A program made the position numbers and the translations under genes. Source: Desulfatirhabdium butyrativorans (GTDB lineage Bacteria > Desulfobacterota > Desulfobacteria > Desulfobacterales > JAIFKL01). Taken from it: DNA of 38,370 nt. The stretch covers positions 1 to 38,370 of the forward strand of contig DZCT01000002.1 in NCBI GenBank assembly GCA_022736535.1. The letters run 5' to 3'. Positions within the stretch are counted from its first letter, which is position 1. Each line of letters starts with the position of its first letter. Positions 33,393 through 38,370 of the stretch are shown piece by piece. The notes below the pieces were generated by a model, which saw nothing but the letters and a program-made list of their open reading frames with translations, made no database searches and was not told where the DNA came from.

Positions 33393-35624
33393 ATGAAAAA
33401 AAAACGGCTGTTCATATCCGCAATGCTGCTGGGGCTGATCGCCCTTGCCGCAGCAGTTATTTTTCTGCTGTCGGAGCAGTCTCCTTTTTTCAAAAAAGAA
33501 AAGATTGTCATTGCCGCTGCCGCGCCGATGAGCGGAGAAGCAAAAATGCAGGGGGATCAGATGCTTCAGGGAATCCGCCTGTTTTTTGCCGACTTCAACC
33601 GGCAGCATAAAGACCGGCAGATAGAACTCCTTGTGTTTGACGATAAAAATGACAAACGCATGGCAATGAAAGCCGCTTCCGAGATTGTCGGAAATGAAAA
33701 TGTGCTGCTGGTACTCGGTCATTACAGCAGTGAAACCGCGGCTGTGGCAGGAGACATTTACAAAAAAACCGGTATGCCGGTTATCACCGCATCTGCAACA
33801 GCAGACCGGATTACAGAGAACAATGACTGGTATTTCAGAACGGTTCCCGCAAACCGTTTTACAGGCAGTTTTATCGCAAATTACATTTACCGCAGTCTGA
33901 ACAAAGACAGAGTCAGCATTGTTTTTGACAAAGATTATTACGGAATATCGCTTGTGGAATCCTTTGAAAAAACGGCTGAAACATTGGGCATGACGGTCAG
34001 CGGAAAATGGGGAATTGACACGGATGAGAAAAATTCGGAAACTGATCTCAAGCGGATCGGCGATGAACTGAGAGCCGCACAGGACCCCGGGGCAATTTTT
34101 CTGGCAATGCACGGCGCCGAAGCAGCGAAAATTGTCGCGTCATTGAAGTATCCCGGAACAAGTTATATCATTGTCGGCGCAGATGCCCTGAGCACAGAAA
34201 TATTTCTCGACAACCTGAAAAGATACCCCGGTGAACAGATTATTGCGGGCTATCATTCGGACGGCGTTTATGCCGTGTCTCATTTTATGCCTGATATTTC
34301 CAATGAAAAAGCCCGGGTATTCACAAAAAAATTCCTGAATCAATATCAGCGCCGGCCTTCATGGGTATCTGCCGCCTACTATGACGCGGCGCATATTGTT
34401 GCGGAAGCTGTTGAAAGGGCTGAAATTCAGGGCATTAAGAACATAAGGGAAAGCCGGAAACTGCTCAGGGAATCGCTGGCAAGACTGAACTCTCCGGAAA
34501 GCGCCGTCGCGGGAATCTGCGGCAGCACGTATTTCAATCCGGTCGGAGATGTCATCAGATCACTGCCCGTGAGCGTTTATAAAAAACATTTTCTTCTTCC
34601 GGCATCTCATCAATATCAGTTTGTCTCTGAAGCGGAGCCGAAGTCCCGGGGACCCGCCCCGGTTCCGGCCGGAGATATAATAGAAGTTGAGGGGAAAAAA
34701 ATGGAGCAGTTCCGAATTGTTTATACCGGCGTTGATATAAATGAAATCGGCAATGCGGATATAGAGAGTTCCGCCTGCGCCATAGATTTTTATATCTGGT
34801 TCCGTTTTGAGAATGACTTTGATGACAGACAGATTGAGTTTACAAACGCTGTAAAACCTGTCTCACTGGGCATTCCGGTTATGGAATCGAAAACAGACAG
34901 CAGCACGGTGCGGGCTTACCGGGTAAAGGGGATTTTCAAAATCGCTTCTGATTTTCAAAAACATCCCTTCGGGCAGCAGTCCGTCAGCATCAGCCTGCGT
35001 CATACAGCGATTCCGAAAAACAGATTGGTTTATGTTCCCGATACACTGGGAATGCCCCGGCTTGAAACCGTCAAAAGCGAGATCGGAAAACAGACAAAAG
35101 GAATGCGGGACCGATGGCATGTCAAAGATATGTTTTTTTATCAGGACGCTGTATCCAAAACCTTTGTCAGCGGAAAGTTTCCGGATAATCTTCATGAGTC
35201 GGATATTGATTACTCACAGTTCAATGCGGTCTTCCAGATGGAACGGACGGGCTTTGAGCTGATTCTTAAAAATTTTCTGCCGATTCTGACGGCAGTCATC
35301 ATGCTGTATATCACGTATTTTCTGCCTTCGGGGCGCTTGGACATTCGTGCGCTGATGCTGGCGGCTGCTCTGCTGACATGCGGCATGTATCATATTCGGC
35401 TTTATCTTCTGTTTCCGGTAGGATACACCTTATTCATTGCTTATGCCTTTTTTGCATTTTATGCTTTGACGGCAATATCTCTGCTCTTTTTTCTCTTTAT
35501 CGGATATTTGCTGAAGAAAGATGCGCGGAAAAAGATAAAATATCTCAGCCGTGCGGCAAAGATTCTTTATCCGCCTGCGGTTTCAATTATCGGTATTTTA
35601 ATTGCATATTCCTGTTATTTATAA
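33393..35624 (+). CDS. Periplasmic-binding-domain (LivK-like) fused to a pentameric ligand-gated ion channel (pLGIC, Cys-loop superfamily) with four TM helices
   Basis: N-terminal TM/signal, then PBP1 region IVIAAAAPMSGEAK..IELLVFDDKND..VLLVLGHYSSETAAVAGDIYKKTGMPVITASAT..WYFRTVP. pLGIC extracellular domain FRIVYTGVDINEIGNADIESSACAIDFYIWFRFENDFD (beta1-beta2 pattern). Cys-loop-equivalent HPFGQQSVSISLRH (from 34962). Pre-M1 Arg plus M1 Pro in ERTGFELILKNFLPILTAVIM, an M2 helix, M2-M3 FPVGYTLFIAY, M3, and M4 ILYPPAVSIIGILIAYSCYL. Confidence 0.85.
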   Translation: MKKKRLFISAMLLGLIALAAAVIFLLSEQSPFFKKEKIVIAAAAPMSGEAKMQGDQMLQGIRLFFADFNRQHKDRQIELLVFDDKNDKRMAMKAASEIVGNENVLLVLGHYSSETAAVAGDIYKKTGMPVITASATADRITENNDWYFRTVPANRFTGSFIANYIYRSLNKDRVSIVFDKDYYGISLVESFEKTAETLGMTVSGKWGIDTDEKNSETDLKRIGDELRAAQDPGAIFLAMHGAEAAKIVASLKYPGTSYIIVGADALSTEIFLDNLKRYPGEQIIAGYHSDGVYAVSHFMPDISNEKARVFTKKFLNQYQRRPSWVSAAYYDAAHIVAEAVERAEIQGIKNIRESRKLLRESLARLNSPESAVAGICGSTYFNPVGDVIRSLPVSVYKKHFLLPASHQYQFVSEAEPKSRGPAPVPAGDIIEVEGKKMEQFRIVYTGVDINEIGNADIESSACAIDFYIWFRFENDFDDRQIEFTNAVKPVSLGIPVMESKTDSSTVRAYRVKGIFKIASDFQKHPFGQQSVSISLRHTAIPKNRLVYVPDTLGMPRLETVKSEIGKQTKGMRDRWHVKDMFFYQDAVSKTFVSGKFPDNLHESDIDYSQFNAVFQMERTGFELILKNFLPILTAVIMLYITYFLPSGRLDIRALMLAAALLTCGMYHIRLYLLFPVGYTLFIAYAFFAFYALTAISLLFFLFIGYLLKKDARKKIKYLSRAAKILYPPAVSIIGILIAYSCYL

Positions 35625-35630
35625 AAAAAA

Positions 35631-35822
35631 GGGTAGCGGTGCAGAAGAGGTGATGAACCCTCTCACTGTCATTCTGAGTGCAGCGAAGAATCTCGTTTTT
35701 TATAATACGCTGTTATAATAAAAGATTCTTCACTGCGTTCAGAATGACAGGTCATACAGAGATTCTTCACTGCGTTCAGAATGACAGAAGCAGAAATCAT
35801 CACCTCTTCTACACCACTACCC
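35631..35822. repeat. 192-bp nested inverted-repeat (MITE-like) element between the two pLGIC paralogs
   Basis: Outer arms GGGTAGCGGTGCAGAAGAGGTGATGA (35631-35656) and TCATCACCTCTTCTACACCACTACCC (35797-35822) match at 24 of 26 positions. Inside are one forward unit ACTGTCATTCTGAGTGCAGCGAAGAATCTC (35665-35694), an AT-rich spacer with a TTATAATA direct repeat, and two inverted units AGATTCTTCACTGCGTTCAGAATGACAG (35723-35750 and 35760-35787). Confidence 0.9.
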
Positions 35823-35854
35823 AAAAAACTTAGTTTCTCACCAATCTGTTATTT

Positions 35855-38062
35855 ATGAAAAAAATACTGCTGATCGTCATATTGTTTCTCCTGCTGGTCG
35901 GGGGAGCTGCCGGCATTTTTCTGCGGATGCATCCTTTATCGCCGCTTAAAAAAGAGGTCGTCTATATTGCGCTTGCGGGTCCCGTGAGCGGCGTGGAAAA
36001 AGCAGCGGGAAAAGCCATGGTAAGAGGAGCGGAACTGTATTTGGACCGGCTCCGCAAAGAAGGAGGCGAACCTCAGGGTAAAAAGATAGAACTGCTTGTT
36101 TTTGATGATAAAAACAATGAAGAGACTGCCCGAAAAGTTGCAACGGAAATTGCCTTGCAGAAAAAAGCACTGCTGGTGCTGGGACATGATTACAGCAGCA
36201 CTTCCATTGCCGCCGGAGAGATTTACAAACGAAATGAAATCTGTGCGATAACAGGGTCCGCGGCAGCAGAAGCCGTCACGTCTGACAACGAATGGTATTT
36301 CCGAATCATTCCCGGCAATGTTTCCCAAATCAGTTTTATCGCAAATTATATCCGCAAAGAATTGCAGCAGACATCCGTCGCTGTTATATTTGACAAAGAC
36401 AGCTACGGTTCTTCTCTTGCCGAATATTTTGAAGCGACGGCAAAAAAGCTGGGAATTGATATTAAAGGGAAATGGGGAGTTGATTCTTCCGACGGAAATA
36501 CTGACGCGCTTTTAAAGAATATCGCGGATAAAATTGCAGATGAGCCGGGGGTGCTGTTCTTTGCCCTTTACTTTCCCGAAGCCGCCAAAATGACCCGGCT
36601 GTTAAAAGACAGAGGGGGGAAGCATGTTATCATCGGCACCGATTCGCTTTCAGACAGTTCTTTTATTGAGGCGCTGAAAAAGTATCCCGAAGAACAGCAG
36701 AAGCCCGGATATTATTCCGACGGGATTCTCACCGTATCGCCGCTTCTGATAGAGGTTGCAGATAAAGAAGCATATATTTTCGGACAGGATTTCATCAGAA
36801 CGTACAAAGAAGAACCCTCATGGACAGCAGGCTGCTATTATGACGCGATGCACGTTGCTGTGGAAGCTGTAAAAAAAGCTGAAATACAGGGAAAAGGACA
36901 TATCCTGAGCGACCGGAGAAAAATCAGGGAAGCCCTGAGAGGTTTTTACAATCATGAAAATGCGGTGAGAGGCATCAGCGGCTCTCTTTATTTCAATGCT
37001 TACGGCAATGTGTCCAGACCGCCTTTCATGGGCTTCTATGAAAAACAGATACTCTTTCCTGACTTTGTGCAGTATCAGCCTGTTCCCGAAGGAGATCAGG
37101 TTGAGGATATATTCAGAAAAGCTTTGGAAGGAGAGGTCATCCTCAGCGACGGCAAACTGATGATTCAGACCCGCGTGGTGTATGCCGGAATTTATATTAA
37201 TGAAATAAGCAATTTGGATGTTATCCGTTCAAGTTATACCGCCGATTTTTATCTCTGGTTCCGCTATAGGGGCGATTTTGACGAAACCCGGATCGAATTT
37301 CTGAATGCCGTGAATCCGGTTGATCCGGGAAAGCCTTTCATAGACAAAACAGATGAAAAAAACATTACATTTCGGGCATTTCGCATAAAAGCGGATTTCA
37401 AAGACGATTTTGATTTTCATGCCTATCCTTTTGACCGGCATCACTTGCGGATAAAAATCCGGCACGCTGAAATGAAAAAAGAGCAACTGATTTATGTTGC
37501 CGATGTGCTGGGTCTGCCGGAGGCAAGTAAAATGCTTGAGAAACCGGGGCTTAAAGACGCGGAAGACTGGCAGCTCGGCGAACTTGATTTCTACCAGAAT
37601 ACCGTAGAAAAAGTTTCCGCGCTCGGCAACCCCCAGTTTTTTGACACGCATCACACGATCAGCTATTCCCGCTTTAATGCGGCAATTCCGATTGAGAGAA
37701 AAGGCTTGGGGTTTGTCGTCAGGGCATTTCTGCCGGTCAGCATCATGATGGCGCTGATTTGCGGCATCCTCTGTCTTGCGCCCGCGGAAAGACTCGGTAT
37801 TTCGCTCTCCGGGCTGGCAGCCGTGCTGACGGTCAATACGCTTTTTCATCTGAAGCTTTTTTCAGACCTGCCCGTAGCCTATATATCAGCCCTTGAGTAT
37901 GCGCATCTGGCAGTCTGCCTCCTGTCCGTCATATCGGCGGTTGTTGTATTGCTGAAATATGCTTCGCACAGAAAAAGAGAGAGATTTACGATGCCGGAGC
38001 AGGGCGGTCCAGGGGCTGAACCGTCTGCAAAACACATTAAAAAAAACGGCGGAGAGACGTAA
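35855..38062 (+). CDS. Paralogous LivK-like binding domain fused to a pLGIC body; only three C-terminal TM helices (M4 absent)
   Basis: Collinear with the upstream paralog, roughly 40% identity by eye. The YPFDRHHLRIKIRH loop (from 37424) falls at residue 524, as does HPFGQQ in the paralog. Other motifs: VVYAGIYINEISNLDVIRSSYTADFYLWFRYRGDFD, ERKGLGFVVRAFLPVSIMM (M1), LGISLSGLAAVLTVNTLFHL (M2), LPVAYISALEY, M3. It ends in a 33-aa polar tail. Confidence 0.85.
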   Translation: MKKILLIVILFLLLVGGAAGIFLRMHPLSPLKKEVVYIALAGPVSGVEKAAGKAMVRGAELYLDRLRKEGGEPQGKKIELLVFDDKNNEETARKVATEIALQKKALLVLGHDYSSTSIAAGEIYKRNEICAITGSAAAEAVTSDNEWYFRIIPGNVSQISFIANYIRKELQQTSVAVIFDKDSYGSSLAEYFEATAKKLGIDIKGKWGVDSSDGNTDALLKNIADKIADEPGVLFFALYFPEAAKMTRLLKDRGGKHVIIGTDSLSDSSFIEALKKYPEEQQKPGYYSDGILTVSPLLIEVADKEAYIFGQDFIRTYKEEPSWTAGCYYDAMHVAVEAVKKAEIQGKGHILSDRRKIREALRGFYNHENAVRGISGSLYFNAYGNVSRPPFMGFYEKQILFPDFVQYQPVPEGDQVEDIFRKALEGEVILSDGKLMIQTRVVYAGIYINEISNLDVIRSSYTADFYLWFRYRGDFDETRIEFLNAVNPVDPGKPFIDKTDEKNITFRAFRIKADFKDDFDFHAYPFDRHHLRIKIRHAEMKKEQLIYVADVLGLPEASKMLEKPGLKDAEDWQLGELDFYQNTVEKVSALGNPQFFDTHHTISYSRFNAAIPIERKGLGFVVRAFLPVSIMMALICGILCLAPAERLGISLSGLAAVLTVNTLFHLKLFSDLPVAYISALEYAHLAVCLLSVISAVVVLLKYASHRKRERFTMPEQGGPGAEPSAKHIKKNGGET

Positions 38063-38105
38063 CCCCTCACTAACATTATTATTTTCTGAAAAGGCGGTAA
38101 AAGCG

Positions 38106-38309
38106 ATGTCACCGACAATCATCACCATAGCGTGGGTAGCAGCGAGTCTGGTGATCGGACTCATGGGGATCAACAGGAAAATGGGATTTTGGGGCTATTT
38201 TTTCGGTTCGATGCTTCTGGGACCTGTCATCGGTTTATTCTTACTGCTTGCCTCTGACAAAAGAACCCCGGTCAAAGCCGAAATCGAGGAAGTGAGGAGT
38301 GAGGAGTGA
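38106..38309 (+). CDS. Small two-TM membrane protein, unknown function
   Basis: I chose ATG 38106, because the ORF-track start 37959 overlaps the preceding gene. Sequence: MSPTIITIAWVAASLVIGLMGINRKMGFWGYFFGSMLLGPVIGLFLLLASDK. The last codons (EEVRSEE*) are encoded by an AGTGAGG heptamer run. Confidence 0.45.
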   Translation: MSPTIITIAWVAASLVIGLMGINRKMGFWGYFFGSMLLGPVIGLFLLLASDKRTPVKAEIEEVRSEE

Positions 38310-38311
38310 GT
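38291..38311 (+). repeat. Tandem heptamer AGTGAGG x3 spanning a stop codon
   Basis: AGTGAGG AGTGAGG AGTGAGT. It supplies the last codons and the TGA (38307-38309) of the small membrane ORF. Confidence 0.7.
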
Positions 38312-38370
38312 TCGCAGGGCGGGCGGAGCGAAGCGTATCCGCTCTGCCGGCTTTTGTAGTAGGGTGGGCA

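Noticed and set aside
1-38370. MbtH-like protein, phosphopantetheinyl transferase, transposase/integrase, tRNA or rRNA genes
   Set aside because: I looked through all ORFs of at least 60 aa and the spacers. I found no MbtH-like signature (its conserved Trp/Pro pattern as I recall it), no recombinase motifs, and no cloverleaf-like or rRNA-like sequence.

Overview
All recognised genes in this 38.4 kb accessory region lie on the + strand. nt 2-24288 is a non-ribosomal peptide synthetase (NRPS) gene cluster, cut at the 5' window edge. It has three NRPS genes with domain strings A-T-E-C | A-T-C-A-T-E | C-T-C-A-T-E. An AsnB-type amidotransferase gene sits inside a split C|A module. The cluster also holds an alanine-rich repeat protein and a KASIII / ACP / SDR / AMP-ligase acyl cassette interrupted by an orphan solute-binding protein. 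nt 24538-29085 encodes a secreted beta-barrel candidate, a secreted S12 (beta-lactamase-fold) serine hydrolase and a SyrD/YojI-type cyclic-peptide ABC exporter. nt 29216-38309 encodes an SPFH protein and a lipoprotein with two solute-binding domains (LivK-like plus OppA-like). It also encodes two tandem paralogs that fuse a LivK-like periplasmic binding domain to a pentameric ligand-gated ion channel (Cys-loop superfamily) body, and a small membrane ORF. Many intergenic spacers carry short palindromic or heptamer-repeat elements. Three of these element families also occur in frame inside the third NRPS gene, which is the most unusual thing I can see directly. I recognised no rRNA, tRNA, CRISPR array, transposase or integrase. 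All functional calls rest on motifs read by eye; no database search was run.
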